From NCBI RefSeq assembly GCF_963921235.1, contig NC_086097.1:179926001-179990000 (forward strand): a DNA stretch of 64,000 nt. The letters run 5' to 3'. Origin of the DNA: Mobula hypostoma. Lineage: Eukaryota. A program made the position numbers and the translations under genes. Shown piece by piece: positions 10,651-23,550 of the stretch. Numbering within the stretch: position 1 is the stretch's first letter; every line of letters begins with the position of its first letter. The notes under the pieces are model-generated. The model was not told the DNA's origin and ran no database searches. It was given only the letters and a program-made list of their open reading frames with translations.

Positions 10651-11810
10651 TCCACACTGGAAAGCAACAGATAAAATTTATTCTTCTTTTGCCCCTTGTA
10701 TAATAAATGCCTGTTAAAAACACTTGTAAAGATTGTTCAAATCAGCTCAGCAGGTTAAAGAAAGACTGATTGCTCAATACAGGTCAGCCATATGGTTGCT
10801 GACTGTCACCACACCCAGCTGAACAGATCTCTGCTCCCACTCCAGTTAAAGAGGAGAAAACAGTCAGAACATTCAAGACATTTTTGCAGCCAGACCATGA
10901 CATGTATGGATGCTACAAAAAGAGGCCTATTTTATGGCCTATTCCTGTTAATTATGAACACAAATACAGTAAAACTCTGATAATCTGGTGCAATGGGTGG
11001 AGATTATATGGAATGAGAGGAATTAGTTGAGGCAGGTACAATAGTACCATTAAAGAAACACTTGAACAGGTACATGGAGGTATGGGGCTTTGAGAATTTG
11101 GACCAAATGCAAGAAATTGGGACGAGCTGTGTGGGCATTGTAGTCAGCGTGGACTGGTTAGACTGAAGGACCAATACCCATGCTGTAATGCCCTACAAAT
11201 CTGACTCCGTCCAGAAAATTATCCAGTCCCCATATCACATCTTCCATGTGGGTCAGATTATCAGAGGTTTACTGTGGTTAGATTGGCAGCATTTTTAGTT
11301 TTAATTTTAATTTCAGACTAATTGAAGCAATTGGAAATTGCCGGAAAAAGTCATGGTGAAGAAATGAGGAGCATCACATGCCACAGTCTCATGTACCAGA
11401 TCTGGGGCTGGTGGCTGAAAGGAGACACAAGGGACTGTAGATGCTGGACTCTGGAGTCACACATCACCTGCTGGAGCAACTCAGGGGGTCGGGTAGCATC
11501 TGAGGGGGCAGAGGGATGATCAAAGTTTCATCAGGACTAAGAGGAAAGGTAGTTTTCATATCCTGCTGACTGCAGAAGCAGATGTCCCTAAGGCAACTGA
11601 TGTGCGTGGTGCGTGCGTGTGTAATTTTACCTCTTTATACTAGCACTATTTTCTCTAATCTCTCTCCTCTGCACTCTCAATCCTGATTGCAGGGTCTTGA
11701 CCTTAAACCTCCACCATCCCTCTGCCTCCGCCCGAGCCGCTGAGTTCCTCCAGCGACTTGCTTTCAGCTAGTGGACGAGTTTGTTCCCAGGTACGCAGCC
11801 TGCCTCATAC

Positions 11811-11929
11811 CTGGCAATTCAAGCAAACACCTCCACCTTCATACTGCCCGTGGATGTTCATGCTTGCTCTCCTCTGGCTCACTGCAGCATCGTAGTAACA
11901 ATCCTTGGCATGTCCGTGGCAGTTACAAG
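11811..11929 (-). CDS. LAMA3: LAMA3 exon 8 equivalent (119 bp), LE2: (A)[39 protein letters not shown]
   Basis: Acceptor tcattttgcag, donor CAG|GTATGA, phase 1 to 0. Confidence 0.96.
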
Positions 11930-13199
11930 CTGCAAAATGATACGGCAAATTATTTCAACACTCATCTCCCCAATAATTTGAATATACTAAAATAAATTGG
12001 AATTCTACAATTGTTGGGCTGACGTTTTGGCCAGGTATGTGGATAGGATAGGGAGGATATGGGCCAAATGCTGGCAATTTGTATGAGCTCAGATGGTTCA
12101 ACCAATTATTTTGAAATACCTGGTTCAGTGCTGTACAACTCCCTGACTCTACACCAGTGTTACATATTTGGGGGAGATTTTAGAAATACGAGGGGCAAAT
12201 CTAAGCAGCTGGTAACTTCTAGGAGACATCAGCCTGTGGGGCACTGGAGAATGAGATGGACTGTTTATCATTGCCCTATTACAATCTATTCTTTGTTGAA
12301 AACTTTCCGTTTTTAAGGACATAACAAACAGCACCAAGCTGCCTCTTTGGACTTTCTGACGTTCACTTTCTAATTTGTCATTTGGTAAAAACCTGAATCA
12401 ACAGTTCAGGAATGGATTCTAACAGAAAAAAATCTGATAAAAAAAGGAGGAACTTTACTCTCAAGGAGACATTGACAGGCAGCCAGATTATCCATGCCAA
12501 AATTATGTTCCAAACGTCTCTGTTCAATCTACACTGCACCAAACAAAAAACAGTATGTGGAGACGCGATTACTGCACGAATTCTGGGCACAAGTGTATAA
12601 CGGGGCTGCCAATCAGAGGCCTGCAGTAACACAACCAGAGATTTAATAAGAAAGATATGCTGTACATTATAGAGTGAAACATGCCATTATTTCAGACTCT
12701 GGTAGTGCAGTTCAGCACAACACTGGGTTGAAGAGATTCCAACCTCAGCACACAGCACCTAGATTGGCTGGTATTCAATGCATCAGGGACGTTGAAGAAA
12801 CTCTTAGATAGAGACGTAGATGAAAGAAAAATGGAGAGTTACGTGGGAGGGAAGGGTTAGATTGAGTTTAGAGTAGGTTCAAAGATTGGCACAACATCAT
12901 AGACCATTCCACTCTCGGCTCTATGTTCTATGAGAAAAGTATTTTTCCCATACCTTGTTTGTCTAAATACCCCTTAATCCGAATTAAACTTTCCAAACTA
13001 TTCAACCTCTGCCAACCCTAGCTCAGCCAGACTTCGGCTACAGAGTGGCAGCTAGTTGAGCTGCTATCTTGTTGCTCTGGAGACCCAGGTTTGATCTGAT
13101 CCTCAGGTGCTGTCTGTGTGGAGTTTGCATGTTCTCCCTGCAACCTCCAAGTGCTCTAGTTTCCTCCCACGTTCCAGAGACATACGGCTAGGGTTAACT

Positions 13200-13860
13200 T
13201 TGCTTTGCATGCCATCCATACAGATCATTGAGGTGGTACAAGGGAAAAGAATAACAGAATGAAGAATATAATTACAGAGAAAGTGCACTGGAGACAGGCA
13301 AGGTGCAAGGACATTCGTAACAAGGTAGACTGTGAGGTCAAGAGTCCATCTTATTGTACTAGCGAACAGTTCAATAACAGTGGGATAGAAGCTGTCCATG
13401 AGCCTGATTTCAGGCTTTTCTATCTTCTACCCAATGTTAAGGGGGAAGAGAGAATGTTCGGCGTGGGTGAAGTCTTTAATTTGCTTTATGAAGGCAGTGA
13501 GAAATGTAGACAGAGTCCATGAAGGGGAGGCTGGCTCCTGAGCTCTGTTCACAACTCTAGTTTTTTGCCATCACGGGCAAGCAGTTACCATACCAAGCTG
13601 TGATGCATCCACATAGGAGGCTTTCTTATCGTGCATCAATAAAAATTAGTAAGGGCCGAAGGAGACATACCAAATTCCGAGACTCTTGAGGAAAAAGAGG
13701 CTCTGGTGAGCTTTTTTGGCCGTGCTGTCAATCTGGTTGGGCCAGGACTGGCTATCGGTAATATACACTCCCAGAAACCTGAGGCTCCCAACCCTCTTGA
13801 CCTCAGCACCACTGATGTAAGCTGAGCATCCTTCCTGTGTGACTCCATGACTCTAACAGT
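13200..13860 (-). mobile_element. Rex1/Babar-clade fragment
   Basis: Similar to 4290-4800; DSFYPTVI and FGMSPSALTNFY remnants. Confidence 0.7.
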
Positions 13861-14519
13861 CTTACCCAGTATGTCTAAAATTGCCACTGAGAGCTGAGCT
13901 GAGAATCGGGGTCCTGAAGCTAAGGGTCAATAACCCAAAAGGGTCACTAGAGGGGCTCCTGTGTGATGGGATGGGACAGGGAGCTGCGCATTGGTGGGGA
14001 AAGCCAGTACCTCTATCCCCTGCTGCTACTGACCATCTCCCTGTAGCTGTGACGGAGAGCAGCTCACATTTAACGTGGGAGCTGACTCCTGTTTGTATGC
14101 TGGTCACGTTATTACTCAGACATCTGAAAAAGATGAAGCGCAGTTAGCACTGGATAATCTCTGCAGGGCGTCTACTGCCTCACCTCCTGTATTACAGCAG
14201 TGACATGTTATGCTGGTAACAGCAAGCAAGGCAACATCTGGAATGGATTTACACAAACATTAATTCCTTTTTCTTTGGAATCTGTCATTGTTAATGGCAA
14301 CAGCTCATGCTGGGACTAACCCCAGCTGTGTCTGAGGATCCTGCTGGAGTTAAGCCCAGCTTTGCTCGAGAACCCTGGCTCCACGAAGCCAACACAACTA
14401 CGTTGTCTGTGGTGATCCCCGGGAAGGGGATAACTGGTTATTAGAGATTCAATCAGAAGAGCTGTGTGTACATGGATTCACCAATACAGCAGTGACTGGA
14501 GAAGACCAGATACCTGTGA

Positions 14520-15425
14520 GATAGAAACAGAGAAAATAGGTGCAGGAGTAGGCCATTCGGCCCTTCCAGCCTGCACCGCCATTCAGTATGATCATGGCTG
14601 ATCATCCAACTCAGAACCCTGCACCTGCCTTCTCTCCATACCCCCGATCCCTTTAGCCACAAGGGCCATATCTAACTCCCTCTTAAATATAGCCAATGAA
14701 CTGGCCTCAACTGTTTCCTGTGGCAGAGAATTCCACAGATTCACCACTCTCTGTGTGAAGAAGTTTTTCCTAATCTCGGTCCTAAAAGGCTTCCGCTCTA
14801 TCCTCAAACCGTGGCCCCTCGTTCTGGACTTCCCCAACATCGGGAACAATCTTCCTGCATCTAGCCTGTCCAATCCCTTTAGAATTTTATACGTTTCAAT
14901 CAGATCCCCCCTCAATCTTCTAAATTCTAGCGAGTATAAGCCTAGTTCATCCAGTCTTTCATCATATGAAAGTCCTGCCATCCCAGGAATCAATCTGGTG
15001 AACCTTCTTTGTACTCCCTCTATGGCAAGGGTGTCTTTCCTCAGATTAGGGGACCAAAACTGCACACAATACTCCAGGTGTGGTCTCACCAAGGCCTTGT
15101 ACAACTGCAGTAGAACCTCCCTGCTCCTGTACTCAAATCCTCTTGCCATGAATGCCAGCATGCCATTCGTCTTTTTCACCGCCTGCTGTACCTGCATGCC
15201 CACTTTCAATGACTGGTGTATAATGACACCCAGGTCTCGTTGCACCTCCCCTTTTCCTAATCGGCCACCATTTAGATAATAATCTGTTTTCCTGTTCTTG
15301 CCACCAAAGTGCATAACCTCACATTTATCCACATTAAATTGCACCTGCCATGAATTTGCCCACTCACCTAACCTATCCAAGTCACCCTGCATCCTCTTAG
15401 CATCCTCCTCACAGCAAACACTGTT
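14520..15425 (-). mobile_element. CR1 LINE, young 5'-truncated copy
   Basis: ORF 14592..15497 is an uninterrupted CR1 ORF2 C-terminal region. Confidence 0.95.
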
Positions 15426-15734
15426 CAAAATTATCAGAGATATCCGTGAAGATAGGGAGAAAATGTTTCCAGGAGGAGGTGAGTTAACAGGGGACACAAA
15501 TTTATAGTGATCAAAAGAACCAGACTCTCACTGTCTTGGTAGAGCAGCCAACATAATCAAAAACCCCTCCCACCATAGACATTCTCTCTTCTCCCCCCTC
15601 CCATCAGGCAGAAGATACAAAAGCTGGAAAGCACATACCATCAGGCTCTATGACAGCTTCTACCCCACTGTTACAAGACTATTGAATGGTTCTATTACAA
15701 TAAGATGACTCTTGACCTCACAATCTATCTTGTT

Positions 15735-16910
15735 AAGACCATAGATATAGGAGCAGAATTAGGTCACTTGGCCCATTGAGTCTGCTCCACCATTTCATCA
15801 CGGCTGATCCAACTTTCCTCTCAGCCCCAGTCTCCTGCCTTCTCCCTGTATCCCTACCAATTAAGAATCTATCAACCTCTGCCCTAAATATACATAAAGA
15901 CTTGGCCTCCAGAGCTGCCTGTGGCCAAGAATTCCACAGATTCACCAAGCTTTGGCTAAAGAAATTCCTCATCTCCATTCTAAAAGGACTCACCTCTATC
16001 CTGAGGCTTTCTCCTCTAGGCTTACACTCTCCCACCATAGGAAACATCCTCTCCACATCCGCTCTATCATGGCTTTTCACCATTCAATACTTTTCAATGA
16101 GGCCACCCCTCATTCTTCTGAATTCTGGTGAATGCAACCCAGAGCCATCAAACACTCTTCATATAAACAAGCCATTCAATCCTGGCAACACACATCAAAG
16201 TTGCTGGTGAACGCAGCAGGCCAGGTAGCATCTCTAGGAAGAGGTACAGTCGAAGTTTCAGGCCGAGACCCTTCTTCAGGACTAGTCCTGACGAAGGGTC
16301 TCGGCCTGAAACGTCAACTGTACCTCTTCCTAGAGATGCTACCTGCCCTGCTGCGTTCACCAGCAACTTTGATGTGTGTTGCTTGAATTTCCAGCATCTG
16401 CAGAATTCCTCGTGTTTGCATTCAATCCTGGAATCATTTTGATGAACCTTCTTTGAACATTTTCCAGTTTCACCACACCCTTTCTAAGATAAGGGGCCCA
16501 AAACACTTCACAATACTCCAAGTGAGGCCTCACCAGTGCTTTATAAATTCTCAACATTACATCCTTTCATTTATACTCAATTCCTCTTGAAATGAATACT
16601 AACATTGCATTGCCTTCCTCATCACAAACTCAGCCTGCAAATTAACTTTTAGGGAATCCTGCACAAGGCCTCCCAGGTCCACTTGTACCTCAGTGTTTGT
16701 ATTTTTTTTTCTCCATTTAGAAAATAGTCAACCTTATCTGTGGAAACCTATGGTATCCTCTTTAATATTATTGGATAACTTACTTTTGTATTCCATCTTT
16801 ACCTTCTTAACGACTTTTTAGTTGCCTTCTGTTGGTTTTTAAAAGCTTCCCAATCCTCTAACTTCCCATTAATTTTTACTCTATTATATACCCTCTTTGG
16901 CTTTGACTTC
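15735..16910 (-). mobile_element. CR1 LINE fragment interrupted by a PLE-derived mini-element
   Basis: ORFs 15733..16083 and 16357..16557 are collinear CR1 ORF2 pieces on either side of the insert. Confidence 0.9.
16186..16418. mobile_element. Fold-back PLE-derived mini-element (99-bp inverted arms) with two hammerhead motifs
   Basis: Arms 16185-16283 and 16284-16382 have 4 mismatches; TSD cattcaatcctgg at 16173-16185 and 16419-16431. Confidence 0.9.
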
Positions 16911-17135
16911 TCCATTGTCCTTGCACCCTATTGTCCACCTGCACTGCACTTTCTCCATAACTGTAACATTTTATTCTGCATTCTGAAAGCAAAACTAGGT
17001 ACTTCCGAGTCTACCTTTGCGAAGTCCTGCCACGTCATGAAGAAACCAGGCTTCATTCAATAGATACTAAATAGTAGACAAACAGTGATGTTTCTGAATC
17101 TGTACTGGGATAAAAGGAGCACTAATTAAACTTAC

Positions 17136-17251
17136 CTTCACAGTTGTTGGCTGATGAGGTTGTAGCTGGTTGCCATGGCTTCTGATTGAACCCAGGACAG
17201 CAACGTTCACAGGATATTCCACAGGTGTTGTGCTGACACTTACACTGCAAC
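17136..17251 (-). CDS. LAMA3: LAMA3 exon 7 equivalent (116 bp), LE1: (L)[38 protein letters not shown]
   Basis: Acceptor gatgttcag, donor G|GTAAGT, phase 2 to 1; laminin EGF-like Cys spacing. Confidence 0.95.
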
Positions 17252-18608
17252 CTGAACATCATATAACATGTCAGTAACAGGCAAACATACCCAGCTGATC
17301 TTAACAAGAGCTAGCAAATGTCAACATATGAAAGGCTGCACAAACACCACAAGAGAGATTATACTGTCGTTATAACTATAAAGGCTACGGACCTAATGCT
17401 AGTAGATGGAATAAGTGCAGACAGGTGCAATGGTCAGCATTGACTTGACAGGCCGAAGGGACTGTTTCTGTGTTGCATCACTATGAAAGGTGGTGTTTGA
17501 AGATTAAGGAAATTTGATGATAGTGAAATAAAGCCATTATACAGAGAACAATGTGGAGAATCGCTGTCATTATTACTCAGATGAAAACTGTGAGAGGTTC
17601 CATAGAATAAATAAGCCCTGGATTGAATAAACTAGTGCTTTTATCTTTGGAGCGAAGGAGGTTGAGAGGTGACTTTATTGAGGTGTACAAGATGATACAG
17701 TGGTCGGCCAGTGCTTTTTCCCAGGGCAGAAATGGCTAATACAAGGGCATCATTGGAGGAAAGTATAGAGGGATGTCAGGGGTAGGCTTTTCACATAAAA
17801 AGTGGTGGGTGAATGGAATGCACTGCCAGGGATGGTAGAGATGGGCACATGGATGAAAGAAAAGTGCGGGGCTATGTGGAATTGATCTTGAAGTGGGTAA
17901 GAAGGCTGGCACAACAACATAGGCCAAAGTGCCTGTACTGTATTACAGTTTGTTCTAAATAAGGAGGAATAGTTTCCTGTGGCAGGAAATCAGAAAAAAA
18001 TTATATCAATCAATATGAATATATATTCAATATTGAAAAAAGAGACTTCAGGTTACACATACATAATTCCCTGAAAACTGGGACAGAAGTTGACAGGGTG
18101 GCGAGGATGGTGTGAACACTGAGTATAAGAGAAGAAATGTCATATTATAGCTGTACAAGGCATCGTGAAGCTGCACTTGGTCAGATAGGATTAAGCTGGA
18201 GAGGGTGCAGGAAAGGTTCACCGGGATGTTGGCTCTATTGGAGAGCTTGAGTCATCAGGAGAGATTGGATAGAGATCATTTTCCCTGGAGAAAAGAAAGC
18301 TAAGAGTTGACATGACAAAACATGTTCGAAGGCTGATGTGGGAAAGGGGAGCTAATTAAAATGACTAGCAACCAGAAGCTCCAGGCTGTTACAGGTGCTC
18401 AGCTAAATTGTCATCCAATATGCACTTGGTCTCACTGATGTAGAAGAGCCACGCTGGAACATTGGAAACATCAGATGCAACAGACAAGGGTGGTGGAGAT
18501 GAATGTGAGTCTTTGCCCATCTCCCAACTGATCAAAGCACCGCAGTGATGCTGAATCTCCGTTTGGTGATGTTCATAAGTGCACACAACAATCTAAGCGA
18601 CTACTTAC

Positions 18609-18706
18609 AGGAAGGGGTTCTGTGGGTTCTGGGCTTCGCAGGAGTCTGCATGTCCGTTACAAACACAGCGGCCCCCAACACTGATGTCCTTGATGCTGTA
18701 GTAATA
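18609..18706 (-). CDS. LAMA3: LAMA3 exon 6 equivalent (98 bp), end of LN and start of LE1: [32 protein letters not shown](L)
   Basis: Acceptor gtctgttttcttag, donor CT|GTAAGT, phase 0 to 2; canonical [21 protein letters not shown] junction. Confidence 0.96.
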
Positions 18707-19579
18707 CTAAGAAAACAGACAGAATTAATAGCCACATACTGTATTACTAAGAAACTGAAGCAAGGCTGATAACAAAATATCAAGTAAAATGTGTTACTAA
18801 CAAATAAATAAAATGCATTTCCACAGCCCCAGGCAATATCAAAGTGCATTCTGCATAACACAGTACCGAGGTACAATGCACGTCCAGTAAATCTGCAGAT
18901 GACGCTAAAATAGCTGGTGTCATTGACAGTGAAAATGGTTATCAGGGTTTACAGAGGGGTCTTGATCAGCTTGGTAAGTGGGCCAAGGAATGGCAAACGG
19001 AGTTTAATTTGATAACTGCAAGGTGTTAACAGTTTGGGAAGACAAATCAGGTTAGAACTTTAACAGTGAAGGTAACACACAAGGAGTGTTGTAGATCAAA
19101 GGAACTCAGGAGTACAGGGACATTGCTCCCTGAAAGTGGCATCGCAGATAAACAGAATAGAGGAGAAGGCTTTTGGCACATTGGCCTTCATCGGTCAGGG
19201 TGGAGATGATAAGCTGCAGTTTTACAAGAGGTTGGTGAAGCTGCAGTTGGAATATTCTGTACAGTTTTGGTCACCCTGCTGTAGGAAAGATGCCATTAAG
19301 CCAGAAAGTGTGCAGAGGAGATTTACAACAATATTGCCAAGATTCAAGGGACTGAGTTATGGACAGATGTTTAGCAGTTGGGGATTTTATTCACTGGTGC
19401 ATAGGAGATTGAGGGGTGAGCTTTAGAAGGACGCAGATAGGGAAAATGCATATAGTCTTTCTCCCCAGAGGCAGGGAATCATCTGTTGCTTTGAGCTTGC
19501 GTGCACAAGTTTGTTGCAGTGTCCTTTGAAATAAAATACTGAGCACTCTCCAATAAAACATAACCTGGAATCCGGTGGT

Positions 19580-20120
19580 TTGCAAATAATCTACTGCCAC
19601 AATGCAGTTGGAGGGGCAACACCTCATATTCCACCTGGTACTCTCCAACTTGATGGCACGAAAATCAATTTCTCTAACGTTCAATAACCTATCTCTTCTG
19701 TTTACCACCCCAGCCCTTTTCTTGTTTCCCCCAATTCTGCTGGCTTTCTCACCACTTCTCTTCTCGTCCTCTGCCCACATGACCTGCCCATAGCCTGTCC
19801 TCTCTTATCAGATTCCTTTTTCTACATCCCTTTATCTTTTCCACCTTTCACCTCCCATCCTCTCACACAACACCCCCTTACCTATCCACCTTCCCCCTCA
19901 TCTGCTTCCACCTTTCACCTGCCAGTTTGTACTCCTTCCCCATTCCCTATCTTACTTTGACTTCCACCCCTTTCCTTTCCAGTGCTGATTAGGGGTTCCG
20001 GTCTGAAATATCAGCCGTTTACTCCCATCCACAGATGCTGCCTGACTTGCCGAGTTCCTACACCGTTTTTTGCATGTTGATCTTTCCTGCATCCACAGTC
20101 TCTCTTGTGTCTCTGGAAAT
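19580..20120 (+). mobile_element. PLE 3' remnant
   Basis: LEGQHLIFHL C-terminus, pyrimidine-rich UTR, decayed tail. Confidence 0.75.
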
Positions 20121-20599
20121 CCTGATGGCCCGGCACCTGGTTTGTTCACTAACTCCCTACAGTGCAAATGGGGAAAAGAGTCTGGGCTGCTTGCATATTC
20201 CCCAAGGTTACTACAAATTAATTATATATTTATTTATTAGGAATACCACTCCTTGGAAGATGCTCTCCAGGCCACACTTCATCCTGGCTTGCTTGGAAAT
20301 ATATAACTTCTCCTTTACCATCGCTTGGACCAAGTGAAAAAGTTGCCCCTCATGTCCTTTGCACTGTACTGCTGCCGCAAAACAACAGATTCACATCATA
20401 TAATAGTGATAATAAATCTGATTCTAATTCTGGGTCAGAATTATGGAGCTCACTCTCTCCCTAAGAGCAAGAATACAGTGGGAATAGCCACAACTCAAGG
20501 GCTGCAGTGGTACAAGAAGGCAGCTCACCCACCACCACCTTTTCCAGGGTACCTAGGGATGGCAATTAAATGCTGACTCAGCCTGCAAAACCAAAACCC

Positions 20600-21230
20600 T
20601 TTAAATTGAGTCGTACAACACAGAAGTGGGCCCTTTGGCCCATCTAGTCCACATTATCCTGATATCCCATCTAGTACCACTGAGCTGCACCTGAATCAAA
20701 CTTCTCCCAAGCATATACCTATCCAAACTTCTCTCAAATGTTACAATTGAACCCACAACTACCACTGCCCCTCACACCACCCTGAATAAGTTCCCCATCA
20801 AATTCCCCCTAAATATTTCACTTTTCATCCTAAACTTATGTCCTCTAGTTCTATTCTCAGCCAACCTCAGGGGGTAAAAAACTACATGCATTGATCCTAC
20901 CCATACTTTCATAATTCTGTATAATCTACAAGCTCTCCCTTCGGTATCCTGTGCTCCAGGGAAATAAGCCCTAACCTATTCAGATATTCAACCTTTTTCT
21001 ATAACTCCAGTCCTCAAGTCCAGGAAACATTTTTGTGAATTTTCTGTACACTCTTCCAATCTTATTGATACCTTTCTTGAAGATAAGTGACTAGAACTGC
21101 ACGCAATACTCGGAATTTGGCTTACCAACCTCTTGTGCAACTTCAACATAACATCCCATCTCCTGCTTCAGTGCCCTGATTTATGAAGGCCAATGGGCCA
21201 AAAGCACTCTTCATGACCCTGTCTACAGCT
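20600..21230 (-). mobile_element. CR1 3' fragment (old)
   Basis: Collinear similarity to the 3' part of 7048-8764. Confidence 0.75.
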
Positions 21231-22049
21231 GATGTCAATGAATAAAAACAGATTGTATTCCATATAACAAGAGAGTGAGCTGTCAGAAAAAACATCCAAC
21301 ATCGGGGTAAATCTGCTCGCCTAGTGCCAGATTATCACTCAGAGTTAGAGCAGTTTAGATATCTGAAATTTCAGTTCCTGATTTTTTTTTTTTAACACTT
21401 TTAATTTTTAGAAGCTCCTAAGTGTTACTGCCTGTTTGTGAAGGTTAAAGATAGTTACAAATATTCAGTAATGTGACTGACAGCTGGTGACAGGAATAAA
21501 ATAGAAAATGCAGGAAACTCAGCGGGTCAGGCAGCGGCTGTGGAGAGGGACACAGAGTGAGTGCTTCCTGTTGGAGAACGTTCAAAGCACATCTTCAACC
21601 AGAAAGGTAAACTGTTTCTCCTTCCATGAAAAATGGAAACCAAAAGCACGCAGATGCTGGAAATCTGAAATAAATGATGGCTGATAACACTCATTTGCCC
21701 AGGGTAGAGGAGTCCAAAACGAGGAAGCTTAGATTTAGGGTGAGAGGTGAAAGATTTAAAAGGGACCTGAGGAGCAACCTTTTCAAGCAAAGGGTAGTGA
21801 GAGTATGGAACGACCTGCTACAGTAAGTGGCTGAGGCAGATACAATAGTTTCATTTGAAAAGCACTTGGACAGGTGCATGGAAGGGCAGGATTAGGAGGG
21901 ATACGGGCCAAATGCAGGAATATGGGACTAGTTTGATGGGTACCCTGGTTGCTTGGACAAGTTGAGCTGAAGAGGCCTGTTTCTGATGTGTATGATTCTA
22001 ATTGAAGACATTTTGTTAGGCTTCTCTATTGAGTCAGCACAAGACTTAC

Positions 22050-22220
22050 CCTTCGAGTGACTGTTGGATCCTTTTGAGTCTTGGATATCAGATGACCCAA
22101 CAAGGTGTTAGTCCGGAGAAATCGAAGCCTGATGTTTGTAGCTTTGGTGAATTCCTTTAAAACTGGAGAGTCATTGAAGACAGTGGAGCCTGGCCGACCA
22201 TTCACCAAGGATACAACGAT
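22050..22220 (-). CDS. LAMA3: LAMA3 exon 5 equivalent (171 bp): [57 protein letters not shown]
   Basis: Acceptor ctgtccatag, donor AGG|GTAAGT, phase 0 to 0; matches ORF 22026..22208. Confidence 0.96.
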
Positions 22221-22499
22221 CTATGGACAGCAATGTCATAGACATTCAGAACTGAAGCAATCATGGTAGATTGAACAAAAAAAAATCAATTTAATTTTTT
22301 TTTTAAAATCACACAACAGAATCCCACAGCATGCTGGCCCCGCAGTTCGTTCCACTGCCTGACAACTCCAGTGATCCTGACCCTGGATGCCGTCCATGTG
22401 GAGTTTGTACACAGCATTACTGAGCTCTCTTCTCCTGCAGATGACAACCGAAGATTTCATTCAGGTGTTTATATTGGTTCATTGTGGTCACATAGCATC

Positions 22500-23550
22500 A
22501 GAGTCAAAGTTCAAAGTTCAAGGTAACTTTGGTAACTATATGTGCTTATCAAAGCACATATATGTCACCATAGGCAACCCTGAGATTAGTTTTCTTGTCA
22601 GCATACACAGTAAATACAAAACACAATAGAATCAATGAAAGACTGAACCAATCTGCAAAGGACAACAGATTGTGCAAGAAGGAAAGAAAAAATAATAAAT
22701 AAACAAGCAATAAATATTGAGAATGTGAGATGGAGAGTCCTTGAAAGCAAGTCCATAGGTTGTGGGAACATTTCAGTGATGGGGCAAGTGAAGTTGAGTG
22801 AAGTTATCCCACATGTTGAAGAGCATGATGGTTGAGGGGTAGTAACTGTTCCTGAAACTGGCGGTGTGACTCCTGAGGCTCCTGTACTTTCTTCCTGATG
22901 GCAGCATTGAGAACAGAGCACGTCCTGGGTGGTGGGGGTCCCTGATGATGGATGCTGCTTTCCTGCAACAGCGCCCATGTAGATGTGCTCAATGGCAGGA
23001 AGGACTTTACCAGTGATGAACTGGGCCATATCCACAACTTTTTGTAGGATTTTCCATTCAAGGGCATTTGTGTCTCCATATCAGGTTATCATGCAACCAG
23101 GTAATTTACTCTCCATCATACATCTATGGATGTCATGCTGAATCTTTGTAAACTTCTAAGGAAGTAGAGGCATTGCTCTTAATTGCACATACATGCTGAG
23201 CCCAGAACAGGACCTCTAAAATGATGACACAGGAAATTAAAGTTGCAGACCCTCTTGACTTTTGACCCCTGATGAGGACAGGCTCATGGACCTCAGGTTT
23301 CCTCCTCCTGAAGTCAATACCCAGCTCCTTGGTCTTGGTGACATTGATGATAAATTGTTGTGGCACCACTCAGCCAGATTTTTGATCTCCCTCCTATCTG
23401 CTGATTCATCACCACCTTTTATTTGGCCAACACAGTGGTGTCATCAACAAACTTAAATATAGCTTTGGAGCTGTGCTTAGACACACAGACATAAGTGTAA
23501 AGTGAGTAGCGTAGGGGGGGTAAGCCCACAGCCTTGTGGTGCACCTGTGC
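22500..23550 (-). mobile_element. Rex1/Babar-clade fragment in LAMA3 intron 4
   Basis: IFKFVDDTT and KTKELGIDFRR RT remnants plus Rex-type 3' UTR. Confidence 0.8.

Noticed and set aside
16132..16386. Near-identical ORFs on opposite strands (LLVNAAGQVASLGRGTV..)
   Set aside because: A by-product of the DNA palindrome in a non-coding PLE tail.
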